Assembly (NCBI GenBank): GCA_938028765.1
Contig: CALIZF010000020.1
Location: 8,112 to 72,111 of the forward strand
Source: an uncultured Rhodobacteraceae bacterium
GTDB taxonomy: Bacteria > Pseudomonadota > Alphaproteobacteria > Rhodobacterales > Rhodobacteraceae
Direction of reading: 5' to 3'
DNA length: 64,000 nucleotides
The notes under the pieces are model-generated. The model worked only from the letters and a program-made list of their open reading frames with translations. It was not told the origin of the DNA and searched no databases. A program made the translations under genes and the position numbers. This document shows, in pieces, positions 19,242-29,074 of the stretch (positions within the stretch are counted from its first letter, which is position 1; every line of letters starts with the position of its first letter).

Positions 19242-20228
19242 ATGCCCGCCCCGTTCAAGTCCCGGCGCGACCCGCCGTCGCCGGGTCCGCGCCCGGCGGG
19301 CCCCGGCCCGGACGGCGCGCCGCCGGCGGCGCACGCCGCCGCGGGCGCAAGGCCGGTCGAGGCCGCGCTGCACATCGTCGCGACGCCGATCGGGGCGGCG
19401 CGCGACATCACCCTGCGCACGCTCGACCTTCTGGCCGGCGGCGACGTGCTGGCGGCCGAGGACACGCGCAGCTTGCGTCGGCTGATGGACATCCATGGCA
19501 TTCCCCTCGGCGGCCGGCCGCTGGTGGCCTACCACGACCACAACGGCCCCGCCGTCCGCCCGCGCCTCCTCGCGGCCCTGGCGGCGGGCAGGTCGGTCGT
19601 CTATGCGTCCGAGGCTGGGACGCCGCTGGTCGCCGATCCGGGCTACCAGCTCGTCCGGGCGGCGATCGGGGCCGGTCATCCGGTGCGCGCCGCGCCGGGG
19701 CCCTCGGCCGTGCTGGCGGCGCTGACCGTCGCGGGCCTGCCGACCGACCGGTTCCTGTTCGCCGGGTTCCTGCCGCCGCAGGCGGCGGCGCGCCGTCGCG
19801 CGATCGCGGAGCTTGCAGCCGTGCCCGCGACGCTTGTGCTGTTCGAGGCGCCGGGCCGCACCGCAGAGACGCTGGCTGCCCTCCGCGATGGCCTGGGCGC
19901 GGATCGCCCGGCTGCGCTCTGCCGCGAACTGACGAAGCAGTTCGAGGAGGTGATCCGCGACCCTCTCGGCACCCTCGCGGCCCGGGCAGCGGCGACGCCG
20001 CCGCGGGGCGAGGTCGTGATCGTGATCGACCGCGCGCCCCCCGCCGCCGCCAGCCCCGCGGCGGTCGACGCCGCCCTGCGCGCCGCCCTGGACGCCGCAG
20101 GCCCCGCCGCGGCCGCCGCGCGCGTTGCGGCCGCGTTCGGACTGCCGCGCCGCGCGGTCTATGCCCGTGCGCTGGCGCTGCGTGCCGGCGCGGACGACGG
20201 CGACCCTGCAGACGATGGCGGGTCGTGA
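19242..20228 (+). CDS. rsmI: 16S rRNA (cytidine1402-2'-O)-methyltransferase RsmI
   Basis: Tetrapyrrole-methylase fold (LHIVATPIGAARDITLRTLDLL, AAEDTR, ASEAGTPLVADPG). Pro/Ala-rich N-terminal extension, so the start is uncertain. Confidence 0.85.
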   Translation: MPAPFKSRRDPPSPGPRPAGPGPDGAPPAAHAAAGARPVEAALHIVATPIGAARDITLRTLDLLAGGDVLAAEDTRSLRRLMDIHGIPLGGRPLVAYHDHNGPAVRPRLLAALAAGRSVVYASEAGTPLVADPGYQLVRAAIGAGHPVRAAPGPSAVLAALTVAGLPTDRFLFAGFLPPQAAARRRAIAELAAVPATLVLFEAPGRTAETLAALRDGLGADRPAALCRELTKQFEEVIRDPLGTLAARAAATPPRGEVVIVIDRAPPAAASPAAVDAALRAALDAAGPAAAAARVAAAFGLPRRAVYARALALRAGADDGDPADDGGS

Positions 20229-20341
20229 CGCGCCGCCGCACACGCACCCGCGCCCCGGGCGGCGGTGCCGCGCGGAACCCGGGCATTAGGGAAAAATTCG
20301 CGTTCCGGGTGCACACAGACGACAACGGAACGGAGGATGGC

Positions 20342-20695
20342 ATGTCGGGGAAGGTATCCAATCTGGCCGGGCTCGCCGCCGAAGCGGCGGTGGCGCGGCG
20401 CTACCGCGATTCGGGGTACGCGCTGGCGCGCACGCGGTGGCGCGGGCGGTGGGGCGAGATCGACCTGGTCGCGCGCCAGGGCGACCGGGTGATCTTCGTC
20501 GAGGTCAAGAAGGCGCGGACCCATGCCTTGGCCGCCGACCGTCTGGGTGACAGGCAGCGGCGCCGGCTGATCGCCGCGGCGGAGGAATTCCTCGAAGGAG
20601 AACCGCGGGGAACCCTGACCGACATGCGCTTCGACGTGGCGCTGGTCGATGGGCTGGGCCGCATCGAGATCATCGAGAACGCGCTGGCCGCCTGA
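20342..20695 (+). CDS. yraN: YraN family endonuclease-like protein (UPF0102)
   Basis: The last 117 aa of track ORF 19145-20695 carry the UPF0102 core ([20 protein letters not shown]). The rest of that 516 aa ORF is an off-frame artefact over rsmI. Confidence 0.8.
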   Translation: MSGKVSNLAGLAAEAAVARRYRDSGYALARTRWRGRWGEIDLVARQGDRVIFVEVKKARTHALAADRLGDRQRRRLIAAAEEFLEGEPRGTLTDMRFDVALVDGLGRIEIIENALAA

Positions 20696-20769
20696 GGGCT
20701 CATGCCGGGCGCAGCATTGCACGCGACCTCCGGCTGGGCCATGAAGGCGCGGTCTGGCAGGAGGGGTGG

Positions 20770-21714
20770 ATGCGCGTTGCCTTGCAGATGGATCCGATCG
20801 CGTCGGTCAACGTCGCGGCCGACAGCACGTTCCGTCTTGCGCTCGAGGCGCAGGCGCGCGGTCACGCGCTGTGGCACTATACGCCCGACAGGCTGGCCTT
20901 CGACGAGGGGCGGGTGGTGGCATGCGCGCGTCCGGTCACCGTGCGGCGCGTGGCGGGAGATCACGTCACCTTCGGCGAGGAAACCGAGATCGACCTTGCG
21001 GCGATGGATGTGGTCTGGCTGCGGCAGGATCCGCCCTTCGACATGGCCTACATTACGACCACGCATCTTCTGGACCTGGTGCATCCACGCACGCTTGTCG
21101 TCAACGATCCCTTCTGGGTGCGCAACTTGCCCGAGAAGCTGCTGGTCCTGCGCTTTCCCGACCTCACGCCGCCCACGATGATCGCGCGCGACCTGGCCGC
21201 GATCCGCAGCTTCAAGGCGCGGCATGGCGACGTGATCCTGAAGCCGCTCTACGGGAACGGCGGGGCGGGGGTGTTCCGGCTCGACCCAAACGACCGCAAC
21301 CTGAGCGCGCTGCACGAGCTTTTCGTCGGGTTCTCGCGCGAGCCGCTGATCGTGCAGAAGTTCCTGCCCGCAGTGTCCAAGGGCGACAAGCGGATCATCC
21401 TTGTGGACGGCGAGCCGGTCGGGGCGATCAACCGCGTGCCGCAGGCGGGCGAGACGAGGTCGAACCTCCATGCAGGCGGGCGGCCGGAACCCGCGCGCCT
21501 GACCGAGCGGGATCGCGCGATCTGCGCGGCCATCGGGCCCACGCTGCGCGAGAAGGGCCAGGTCTTTGTCGGGATCGACGTGATCGGCGACTGGCTGACC
21601 GAGATCAACGTGACCTCGCCCACAGGGATTCAGGAGCTCGAGCGGTTCGACGGCGTGAACGCGGCCGCGTTGATCTGGGAGGCGGTGGAGCGGCGGGTGG
21701 CGTCGCGACGCTGA
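20770..21714 (+). CDS. gshB: glutathione synthetase
   Basis: Prokaryotic GSH synthetase N-domain plus ATP-grasp ([42 protein letters not shown]). Confidence 0.95.
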   Translation: MRVALQMDPIASVNVAADSTFRLALEAQARGHALWHYTPDRLAFDEGRVVACARPVTVRRVAGDHVTFGEETEIDLAAMDVVWLRQDPPFDMAYITTTHLLDLVHPRTLVVNDPFWVRNLPEKLLVLRFPDLTPPTMIARDLAAIRSFKARHGDVILKPLYGNGGAGVFRLDPNDRNLSALHELFVGFSREPLIVQKFLPAVSKGDKRIILVDGEPVGAINRVPQAGETRSNLHAGGRPEPARLTERDRAICAAIGPTLREKGQVFVGIDVIGDWLTEINVTSPTGIQELERFDGVNAAALIWEAVERRVASRR

Positions 21715-21717
21715 ACA

Positions 21718-21735
21718 CCTGTCCGCCGGGACAGG
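21718..21735 (+). terminator. stem-loop downstream of gshB (CCTGTCC-GCCG-GGACAGG)
   Basis: Perfect 7-bp stem 4 nt after the gshB stop. No U-tract follows, so intrinsic-terminator function is uncertain. Confidence 0.35.
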
Positions 21736-21888
21736 GCGCGTGATCGCCGGCCGCGCGCCGGAAACCCGCGGCGTGGCCGCGACCATAGGCGCTCGATCGC
21801 GGCGCTGGGCGGCGGCAGCCTGCCTTTCGCGTTGCCGCGCCCGGTCCGGCATCCCGCCCATCCCGACGGTGAGCAGACTTCAGCGACC

Positions 21889-23406
21889 TCACAGCTGGCG
21901 CCCGGTGAAGGTCAGGCGATAGCCGGCCGCCTCGGCGATGTGGGGCCTTCGGACCTGCGCCTCGCCTGCGAGGTCGGCGATGGTCCGCGCGACTCGCAGG
22001 ATGCGGTGGTAGCCGCGTGCCGTCAGGGCGAAGCGCTCGGCCACGTTGCGCAGCAGCGCCCGCCCCTCGGCGTCGGGTTCGGCCGCCGCCTCGAGCAGCG
22101 CACCCTCGGCGTCCGCATTGGTGCGCACGCCCGCCGTCCCGGCATAGCGGCGCGCCTGCACGGCGCGCGCGGCTGCAACGCGGGCCGCGACGGTGGCCGA
22201 GGCCTCGCCCGTCGCGGGCAGGTCGAGGTCGGCGAAGGCGACGGGCGGCACCTCCAGCCTGAGGTCGAAACGGTCCATCAGCGGGCCCGAGATCCGGCCC
22301 ATGTAGTCCTCGCCGCAGGCGGGCGCGCGGCCGCAGGCGCGCCCCGGATCGGCGAGATGGCCGCATTTGCAGGGGTTCGCCGCCGCCACCAGCAGGAACC
22401 GGCAGGGGTAGCGGACATGCGCGTTGGCACGCGCCACCACCACCTCGCCCGTCTCGACCGGCTGGCGCAGAGTTTCGAGCACGGCGCGCGGAAACTCGGG
22501 GAACTCGTCGAGGAAGAGGACGCCGTTGTGCGCAAGGCTGATCTCGCCCGGCCTGGCACCCTTTCCGCCGCCGACGATCGCCGGCATCGAGGCGGTGTGG
22601 TGCGGCTCGCGGAACGGCCGCACGCGGCTGATGCCGCCGTCGGCCAGAAGCCCGGCCAGCGAATGGATCATCGAGGTTTCCAGCGCCTCGGCCGGCGTCA
22701 GCGGCGGCAGGATCCCCGGCAGCCGCGCGGCCAGCATCGACTTGCCCGACCCCGGCGGGCCTGTCATCAGGATGTGGTGGCGACCGGCGGCGGCGATCTC
22801 CAGCGCGCGCTTGGCGCGTTCCTGCCCCTTGACGTCGCGCAGGTCGCGCCCCGGGGGCGGGGCCGCGACCTCGCCCGCGCGGGCGGCGGGCAGCGCGATC
22901 TGCCCGGCGAAGTGGCGCAGCGCTTCGTCCAGCGTGGCGGGCGCCAGCACCCGCGCCGCCGCGACCCAGGCCGCCTCGGCCCCGCAGGCGCGCGGGCAGA
23001 CGAGCGCCCGGTCGCTGGCCGCCGCCGTCATCGCCGCCGGCAGCGCGCCGGCCACTGGCAGCAGCGCCCCGTCCAGCGACAGTTCGCCGAGCGCCACGAC
23101 CCCGTCCACCGCGTCGCGCGGCAGGATGCCAAGCGCGGCCATCACCGCAAGCGCGATCGGCAGGTCGAAGTGCGATCCCTCCTTGGGCAGGTCGGCGGGC
23201 GACAGGTTGACGGTGATGCGCCGCGACGGCAGCGCGATCGACAGGGCGTTCAGCGAGGCACGGATCCGCTCGCGCGCCTCGCTGACCGCCTTGTCGGGCA
23301 GGCCGACGATGGTGAAGGCCGGCATGCCGGGCACGACGGCGCATTGAACCTCGACCGGCAGCGCCTCGATCCCCTCGAACGCGACCGTGTGGCAGCGCGC
23401 CGTCAT
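21889..23406 (-). CDS. comM: YifB/ComM family Mg-chelatase-like AAA+ ATPase
   Basis: Lon-protease-like N-domain, Walker A GPPGSGKSMLA and a ChlI-like AAA+ core. Start taken at MTARCHTVAF (23406). Confidence 0.9.
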   Translation of the reverse strand: MTARCHTVAFEGIEALPVEVQCAVVPGMPAFTIVGLPDKAVSEARERIRASLNALSIALPSRRITVNLSPADLPKEGSHFDLPIALAVMAALGILPRDAVDGVVALGELSLDGALLPVAGALPAAMTAAASDRALVCPRACGAEAAWVAAARVLAPATLDEALRHFAGQIALPAARAGEVAAPPPGRDLRDVKGQERAKRALEIAAAGRHHILMTGPPGSGKSMLAARLPGILPPLTPAEALETSMIHSLAGLLADGGISRVRPFREPHHTASMPAIVGGGKGARPGEISLAHNGVLFLDEFPEFPRAVLETLRQPVETGEVVVARANAHVRYPCRFLLVAAANPCKCGHLADPGRACGRAPACGEDYMGRISGPLMDRFDLRLEVPPVAFADLDLPATGEASATVAARVAAARAVQARRYAGTAGVRTNADAEGALLEAAAEPDAEGRALLRNVAERFALTARGYHRILRVARTIADLAGEAQVRRPHIAEAAGYRLTFTGRQL

Positions 23407-23810
23407 CGCCCCTCCGACCCCGACGGTTAACGGATGTCGGGCAAAGGTTACCGAAACGTGAAGTTGCCCGCTGCGCCCGGTGGATGCGGCGCAGGGATGA
23501 CGGCGCAAGGCAGGGCCGCCCCCGTGCCGCGAGGATACGCGGCCGGATCGTTCCCGCCCCGCGCGGCGAAGGCCGGCCCTGTCGCCCGATCGGCCGCAGC
23601 CTGTCGCGGCCGAGGGTGTTGCAGGCCGGCCAGCCGCGCGGCGCCCACCCGGAACGGGCGTGGTCGGTCGCGCGCCGGTGCGTAGCAGTCCGCAGTCCTC
23701 AGGGCTTGCCGTGCCCCGCCGCCAGCGCGGACACAGACGGACGATTGTCCGCGGTCTGCCGCGCGGCTATGTTCACGGTGGAGTGCCATCAGCGACGGTC
23801 GGAGGGACCG

Positions 23811-24326
23811 ATGATCCAGCGCGCCATTCGCCTTGCCGGTGCGGCAGTCCTTGCGGCAACCCTGTCCGTCCAGGCCCAGAACGTCGCCCCGGCCGGGCCG
23901 CCGGCGGGGCAGGGGGCGGCGCTGCTGGAGGCGACCTATCCTGCGCGCCTCGCCGACCTCATCCGCAACGCCGGCTACGAGGCGGTTCTGGACAAGACCG
24001 ACAGCGGCAACCCGGTGATCGATTCGGCGGCCGAGGGCGCCAACTTCGCGATCTACTTCGTCGAATGCGAAAACGGCGCGGATTGCTGGGCGGTCCACTT
24101 CGTCTCGGCCTTCACCCTGAACGAACCCGTCGGCCTTGAAGTGCTGAACGACTGGAACAGGGACCGCACGATCGGGCAGGCGAGCTTGCTTGAGGACGAT
24201 GCGGCGCAGATCGCGCACTATATGACGCTGCGCCACGGGGTGAGCGAAGGCAACTTCCTCTACATGTTCGACCAGTGGCGCATCGCGCTGCGCGATTTCA
24301 TGGTCCACATCGGCTTCCGCCGCTGA
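23811..24326 (+). CDS. YbjN domain-containing protein with signal peptide
   Basis: ATG at 23811 preceded by GGAGGGA, followed by signal peptide MIQRAIRLAGAAVLAATLSVQA. The body resembles the YbjN / putative sensory-transduction-regulator family from memory only. Confidence 0.55.
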   Translation: MIQRAIRLAGAAVLAATLSVQAQNVAPAGPPAGQGAALLEATYPARLADLIRNAGYEAVLDKTDSGNPVIDSAAEGANFAIYFVECENGADCWAVHFVSAFTLNEPVGLEVLNDWNRDRTIGQASLLEDDAAQIAHYMTLRHGVSEGNFLYMFDQWRIALRDFMVHIGFRR

Positions 24327-24330
24327 GGCG

Positions 24331-24906
24331 TCAGGGCCGCAGGTTCGCCGCGATCAGGCGCCCCGCGCCGGCGGGGGCGTGCTGCACTATCGTCAGCGAA
24401 AGGGGATCGATCCGCTCGCCGAAGAGGGCAGCGGGCGGCGCGCCGGTCGCATGGCCGATGGCGGCCAGGATCGCGCCGAAATGCGCCACCACGATCAGGT
24501 CGGCAAGGCCTGCCGCGTGGCGGTCGATCGCGGCGGCGACGCGGGCGGCCATCTGATCCCAGCTTTCGCCGCCGGGCGGACGGACGCTGCCCGGCCGTTC
24601 CCAGAAGGCGCGGGCCAGTGCCGCGTCCTCGGCGGCGATCTGGTCGTGGCGCTTCAGTTCCCAGGCGCCGAAATGGATCTCGCGCAGCGCCGGGTCGTGG
24701 GCGCGGCGGGGGCGGGCGCCCTGCAGCGCGTCGGCGGTGGCGACTGCGCGCGCAAGGTCGGACGAGACTACGGGCGCGCCAAAGGGCAGCGCCGCAGCCA
24801 GGCGCGCGACGGCCGCCGCATCGGACAGGTCGGCGGGCAGGTCGGACCATCCGACCATGCCGGTGGCGTGGGTGGGCCCGTGGCGGACAAGCCACAGCCG
24901 CGTCAT
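24331..24906 (-). CDS. histidine phosphatase family protein (alpha-ribazole phosphatase CobC-like)
   Basis: RHG motif (LVRHGPT) and a downstream His (VVAHFG). Lies directly downstream of cobU. Confidence 0.7.
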   Translation of the reverse strand: MTRLWLVRHGPTHATGMVGWSDLPADLSDAAAVARLAAALPFGAPVVSSDLARAVATADALQGARPRRAHDPALREIHFGAWELKRHDQIAAEDAALARAFWERPGSVRPPGGESWDQMAARVAAAIDRHAAGLADLIVVAHFGAILAAIGHATGAPPAALFGERIDPLSLTIVQHAPAGAGRLIAANLRP

Positions 24907-24919
24907 CGCGGGTGCCCCG

Positions 24920-25471
24920 TCACGCGACGCCAACCGGCAGGCGGCCCTTCAGCACCAGCGGCAACCCGGCGACCGCCAAGACGGCCAGATCCGCGGTCGC
25001 CGCCAGCCGCTGGTTCAGCCGCCCCTGCGCATCGCGGAATGCCCGGCCGAGGGGAGAGTCGGGCACGATGCCCATCCCGACCTCGTTCGACACCACGACG
25101 ACGCACGCCGGCGCGGCGGCCAGCGCCGCCACCAGCGCTGCGCCCTCGGGCTCGGGGTCTGCCCCGGCCAGCATCCGGTTGGACAGCCAGAGGGTGGCGC
25201 AGTCCAGCAGCACCGTGCCGCGCAGCCGCGCGAGCGCCGCCCCGGGATCGTGCGGTGCCTCGACGGTCGCGATGCGCGGGTCCCGGTCGGCCCGGTGGCG
25301 GGCGATGCGGGCAGCCATCTCGGCGTCCCGCGGCTCGGCCGTGACCACCGCCGTCCAGGGCGGCGGGCCGGCCAGGGCAAGGCGCATGGCCAGCGCCGAC
25401 TTTCCCGACCGGGCGCCCCCGGTGACGAACGAAAGATGCGGGAAATCGTTTCCTGCCAGTGATCCGGTCAC
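24920..25471 (-). CDS. cobU: adenosylcobinamide kinase / adenosylcobinamide-phosphate guanylyltransferase
   Basis: P-loop VTGGARSGKS and VVVSNEVGMGIVP. No ATG lies close to the P-loop, so GTG 25471 was chosen; an alternative ATG is at 25534. Confidence 0.8.
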   Translation of the reverse strand: MTGSLAGNDFPHLSFVTGGARSGKSALAMRLALAGPPPWTAVVTAEPRDAEMAARIARHRADRDPRIATVEAPHDPGAALARLRGTVLLDCATLWLSNRMLAGADPEPEGAALVAALAAAPACVVVVSNEVGMGIVPDSPLGRAFRDAQGRLNQRLAATADLAVLAVAGLPLVLKGRLPVGVA

Positions 25472-25532
25472 GGCTCCCCCGCGTAACACATTCAGAAACA
25501 GTGACTGCCAGATCGTCCGCAGGGGGTTCCGC

Positions 25533-26411
25533 ATGGCGCTCGACGGATATACCGACACTCGCATGTCCCGCCAAGCGATGAAGGCGGAACTGCTCGACGC
25601 CGAGACCGAGTTGCGCCTGGCCTATGCCTGGCGCGACCGGCGCGATGAGGCGGCGCTGCACCGCCTGATCCACGCCTACATGCGCCTTGCGATCAGCATG
25701 GCGGCCAAGTTCCGGCGCTACGGCGCTCCGATGAACGACTTGATCCAGGAAGCAACGCTTGGCCTGATGAAGGCTGCCGACAAGTTCGACCCTGACCGCG
25801 GGGTGCGCTTTTCGACCTATGCCGTGTGGTGGATCAAGGCGTCGATCCAGGACTATGTGATGCGCAACTGGTCTATGGTGCGCACCGGGTCCACCTCCAG
25901 CCAGAAGGCGCTGTTCTTCAACCTGCGTCGGGTGCAGGCGCGGCTGGAGCGCGAGGCGCAGGCGCGCGGCGAACGGCTCGACGCGCATCAGCTGCGCGAG
26001 CAGGTCGCCCGCGAGGTGGGCGTTCCGCTGGCGGACGTCGAGATGATGGAAGGCCGCCTTGCCGGGTCCGACTATTCGCTGAACGCGACCCAGTCGGCCG
26101 ACGAGGACGGCCGCGAGTGGATCGATGCGCTGGAGGACGAGGCGGATCAGGCCGAGACCATCGTCGAGGGGCGGCACGACGCGGAACAGCTGCGCGCGTG
26201 GCTGGTCCGCGCGCTGAAGAACCTGAATGCGCGCGAGCGCTACATTGTGACCGAGCGCAAGCTGCGGGACGAGCCGCGCACGCTCGAATCGCTTGGGCAG
26301 GAACTCGGTCTGTCGAAGGAACGGGTGCGTCAGCTCGAAGCGGCCGCCTTCGCCAAGATGCGCCGTAGCCTTGAAGACCAGAGTCTGGAAGTGCGCCATT
26401 TCCTCGCCTGA
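25533..26411 (+). CDS. rpoH: RNA polymerase sigma-32 factor RpoH
   Basis: Sigma-70 regions 2-4 plus the RpoH box (SSQKALFFNLRR). ATG 25533 preceded by AGGGGG; an alternative ATG is at 25563. Confidence 0.9.
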   Translation: MALDGYTDTRMSRQAMKAELLDAETELRLAYAWRDRRDEAALHRLIHAYMRLAISMAAKFRRYGAPMNDLIQEATLGLMKAADKFDPDRGVRFSTYAVWWIKASIQDYVMRNWSMVRTGSTSSQKALFFNLRRVQARLEREAQARGERLDAHQLREQVAREVGVPLADVEMMEGRLAGSDYSLNATQSADEDGREWIDALEDEADQAETIVEGRHDAEQLRAWLVRALKNLNARERYIVTERKLRDEPRTLESLGQELGLSKERVRQLEAAAFAKMRRSLEDQSLEVRHFLA

Positions 26412-27213
26412 CCGCACGCTGCTTGCGGCGGCGCTGCTGGCCGTCGCCGCCGCTGCCGCCGCGCGCGAGATCGGCCCTGCCGATCTGGCATCGTTGCCAC
26501 AGGCCGACGTCGTGATCCTGGGGGAGGTGCATGACAATCCCGTCCATCACGTCCACCAGGCGGCTGCGGTGGCGGCGATCCGGCCCGCGGCGCTGGTGTT
26601 CGAGATGCTGACGCCCGATCAGGCGGCCCGCGCCGCAGGCGTGCCCCGCGACGATGCCGCGGCTCTTGGGGCGGCGCTCGACTGGCAGGCCGGCGGCTGG
26701 CCCGACTTTGCCCTTTACTACCCTATCTTCGCGGCGGCGCCTGCGGCCGCAGTGCTCGGCGGTGCGCTGCCGCGGGCGACGGTGCGGCGCGCGTTCGACG
26801 AACCCCTTCCGGCGATCTTCGGCGAGGGCGCGGCGGCGTTCGGCCTCGAAGACCCGCTCGACCCTGACGATCAGGCTGCGCGCGAGGCGGCGCAGCTTGC
26901 GGCGCATTGCGGGACGCTGCCCGCGGCGATGCTGCCGGGCTTTGTCGCTGCGCAGCGGCTGCGCGATGCGGCGATGGCGCGCGCGGTGCACGATGCGGTG
27001 CTGGCCACGGGCGGGCCGGTGGTGCTGATCGCCGGGACCGAACATGCGCGCACTGACATCGGGGTGCCCGCTCAGCTGGCGCGCGCGGCGCCGGGATTGC
27101 GGATCGTCGCGCTCGGACAGGTGGAGGCGGACCCGGGGCCGGAGGCGCCCTTCGACCTGTGGATCGTGACCGCGCCCCATCCTCGCCCGGATCCCTGCGC
27201 CGCCTTGCGCTGA
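26371..27213 (+). CDS. ChaN family (DUF399, haem-binding/Tiki-like) periplasmic protein
   Basis: VVILGEVHDNPVHHVHQ motif typical of ChaN/DUF399, plus a signal-like LLAAALLAVAAAAAA. Start ambiguous: only TTG codons (26293, 26371) precede the signal peptide, and both overlap the rpoH 3' end. Confidence 0.65.
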   Translation: MKTRVWKCAISSPDRTLLAAALLAVAAAAAAREIGPADLASLPQADVVILGEVHDNPVHHVHQAAAVAAIRPAALVFEMLTPDQAARAAGVPRDDAAALGAALDWQAGGWPDFALYYPIFAAAPAAAVLGGALPRATVRRAFDEPLPAIFGEGAAAFGLEDPLDPDDQAAREAAQLAAHCGTLPAAMLPGFVAAQRLRDAAMARAVHDAVLATGGPVVLIAGTEHARTDIGVPAQLARAAPGLRIVALGQVEADPGPEAPFDLWIVTAPHPRPDPCAALR

Positions 27214-27274
27214 CGCGCGGCGGGGCTGGACTTCGCGCCGGCGCGCGACCATCGTCGGCGCGGGGGAATGGGGC

Positions 27275-28471
27275 ATGCTGGCGGGCAAGCGTATACTTCT
27301 GATCATCGGCGGCGGCATCGCGGCCTACAAGACGCTGGAGCTGATCCGGCGCCTGCGCGATGCGGGGGCGGCGGTGACGCCGGTCCTGACCCGCGCGGGC
27401 GAAGAGTTCGTGACGCCGCTGTCGGTGTCGGCCCTCGCCGGGACGGCGGTGCACCGCGATCTCTTCGACCTGACGCAGGAGGCCGAGATCGGCCATATCC
27501 AGCTGTCGCGCGCGGCCGACCTTGTGGTGGCGGCCCCGGCCACGGCCGATCTGATGGCGAAGATGGCGGGCGGGCACGCGGACGACCTTGCCACCACGCT
27601 CTTGCTGGCGACCGACAAGCCGGTGCTGCTGGCGCCGGCGATGAACGTGCGGATGTGGGATCATCCGGCGACGCGGCGGAACCTCGCGCAACTGACCGCC
27701 GACGGCGTGCTGACGGTCGGCCCCGACGAAGGGCCGATGGCGTGCGGCGAGGTCGGCCCCGGCCGCATGGCCGAGCCGGCCGCGATCCTTGCCGCCATCG
27801 CCGCCGCCCTGGGTCCGCGGCCGCTTTCCGGGCGGCGGGTGCTGGTCACCTCGGGCCCGACGCACGAGCCGATCGACCCCGTGCGCTACATCGCCAACCG
27901 CTCGTCCGGCGCGCAGGGCACGGCGATCGCCGCGGCGTTGGCCGCGCTCGGGGCCGAGGTGGTGTTCGTCACCGGTCCCGCCTCGGTGCCGCCGCCTGCG
28001 GGCGTCACGGTCGTGCGGGTCGAGACGGCGTGCGAGATGCTGGCGGCTGCCGAGGCGGCGCTGCCTGCGGATGCGGCAGTCTTCGCGGCGGCCGTGGCCG
28101 ACTGGCGCGTGGCCAATGCCGCCGGGCGCAAGATCAAGAAGGACGGCAGCGGCCGCCCGCCGGCGCTGGACTTCGCCGAGAACCCCGACATCCTCGCCGC
28201 CGTGGCGCAGCGCCGTGCGGGACGGCCGCGGCTGGTCGTGGGGTTCGCGGCCGAGACAGACGACGTGGTCGCCCATGCGACGGCCAAGCGGGCGCGCAAG
28301 GGCTGCGACTGGATCGTGGCCAACGACGTGCGGCCCGAGACCGGGATCATGGGCGGGGCCGAGAACGCGGTGACGTTGATTACTGCCTCGGGGGCCGAGG
28401 CCTGGCCGCGCATGGGCAAGGATGCGGTTGCGCGGCGGCTCGCCGACCGGATCGCGGCGGCGCTGGCCTGA
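27275..28471 (+). CDS. coaBC: bifunctional phosphopantothenoylcysteine decarboxylase / phosphopantothenate-cysteine ligase
   Basis: N-terminal flavoprotein domain (IGGGIAAYK) and C-terminal ligase domain ([15 protein letters not shown]). Confidence 0.95.
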   Translation: MLAGKRILLIIGGGIAAYKTLELIRRLRDAGAAVTPVLTRAGEEFVTPLSVSALAGTAVHRDLFDLTQEAEIGHIQLSRAADLVVAAPATADLMAKMAGGHADDLATTLLLATDKPVLLAPAMNVRMWDHPATRRNLAQLTADGVLTVGPDEGPMACGEVGPGRMAEPAAILAAIAAALGPRPLSGRRVLVTSGPTHEPIDPVRYIANRSSGAQGTAIAAALAALGAEVVFVTGPASVPPPAGVTVVRVETACEMLAAAEAALPADAAVFAAAVADWRVANAAGRKIKKDGSGRPPALDFAENPDILAAVAQRRAGRPRLVVGFAAETDDVVAHATAKRARKGCDWIVANDVRPETGIMGGAENAVTLITASGAEAWPRMGKDAVARRLADRIAAALA

Positions 28472-28496
28472 TCGGCAGGGGCGTGGCGGCGGAACC

Positions 28497-29015
28497 ATGG
28501 GCGAGACCGACGAGAGGGCTTGGGACGGATCGGCGCCGGTGGCGGGCGGCGCGGTGACCGTGTCCGTCCTGCGCGAGGCGTGGGCAGACCCGGCGGTGCC
28601 ACTGCCGGCGCCTGCGACGGCGCGGGCCGCCGGGGCGGACCTGCGCGCGAACCTGCCGGCGACGCTGCGCGCGTCGGGCCTGGTGCTGCCGCCGGGCGGG
28701 CGGGCCCTCGTGCCGACGGGCCTCGCGCTCGCGATCCCCGACGGATTCGAGGTGCAGCTGCGCCCGCGGTCGGGGCTGGCGCTGCGCCACGGGGTCACGC
28801 TTCTCAACACGCCCGGCACGATCGACGCCGACTATCGCGGGCCGCTCGGGGTGCTGATGGTCAACTTCGGGGATGCGTCGTATACCGTCGAGCATGGCGC
28901 GCGGATCGCGCAGCTGGTCGTTGCGCCGGTGGTGCGGGCAGCGTTCGTCGCGGTGGCGGCGCTCGATGCGACGCCGCGGGGGGCCGGCGGCTTCGGCTCG
29001 ACCGGAACGGCGTGA
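28497..29015 (+). CDS. dut: dUTP diphosphatase
   Basis: dUTPase motifs [24 protein letters not shown] and [10 protein letters not shown]. An alternative GTG start is at 28554. Confidence 0.9.
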   Translation: MGETDERAWDGSAPVAGGAVTVSVLREAWADPAVPLPAPATARAAGADLRANLPATLRASGLVLPPGGRALVPTGLALAIPDGFEVQLRPRSGLALRHGVTLLNTPGTIDADYRGPLGVLMVNFGDASYTVEHGARIAQLVVAPVVRAAFVAVAALDATPRGAGGFGSTGTA

Positions 29016-29074
29016 AGGTTGGCGCGGCGGGGGCCCTTCTGGCGGGCCGCCTCGAGGGGGTGGGGAAGCGCGGG

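Noticed and set aside
19145-20695. 516-aa ORF spanning rsmI and yraN as if it were one protein.
   Set aside because: Only the last 117 aa (from ATG 20342) look like a real protein (YraN/UPF0102). The upstream part is an off-frame read of rsmI.
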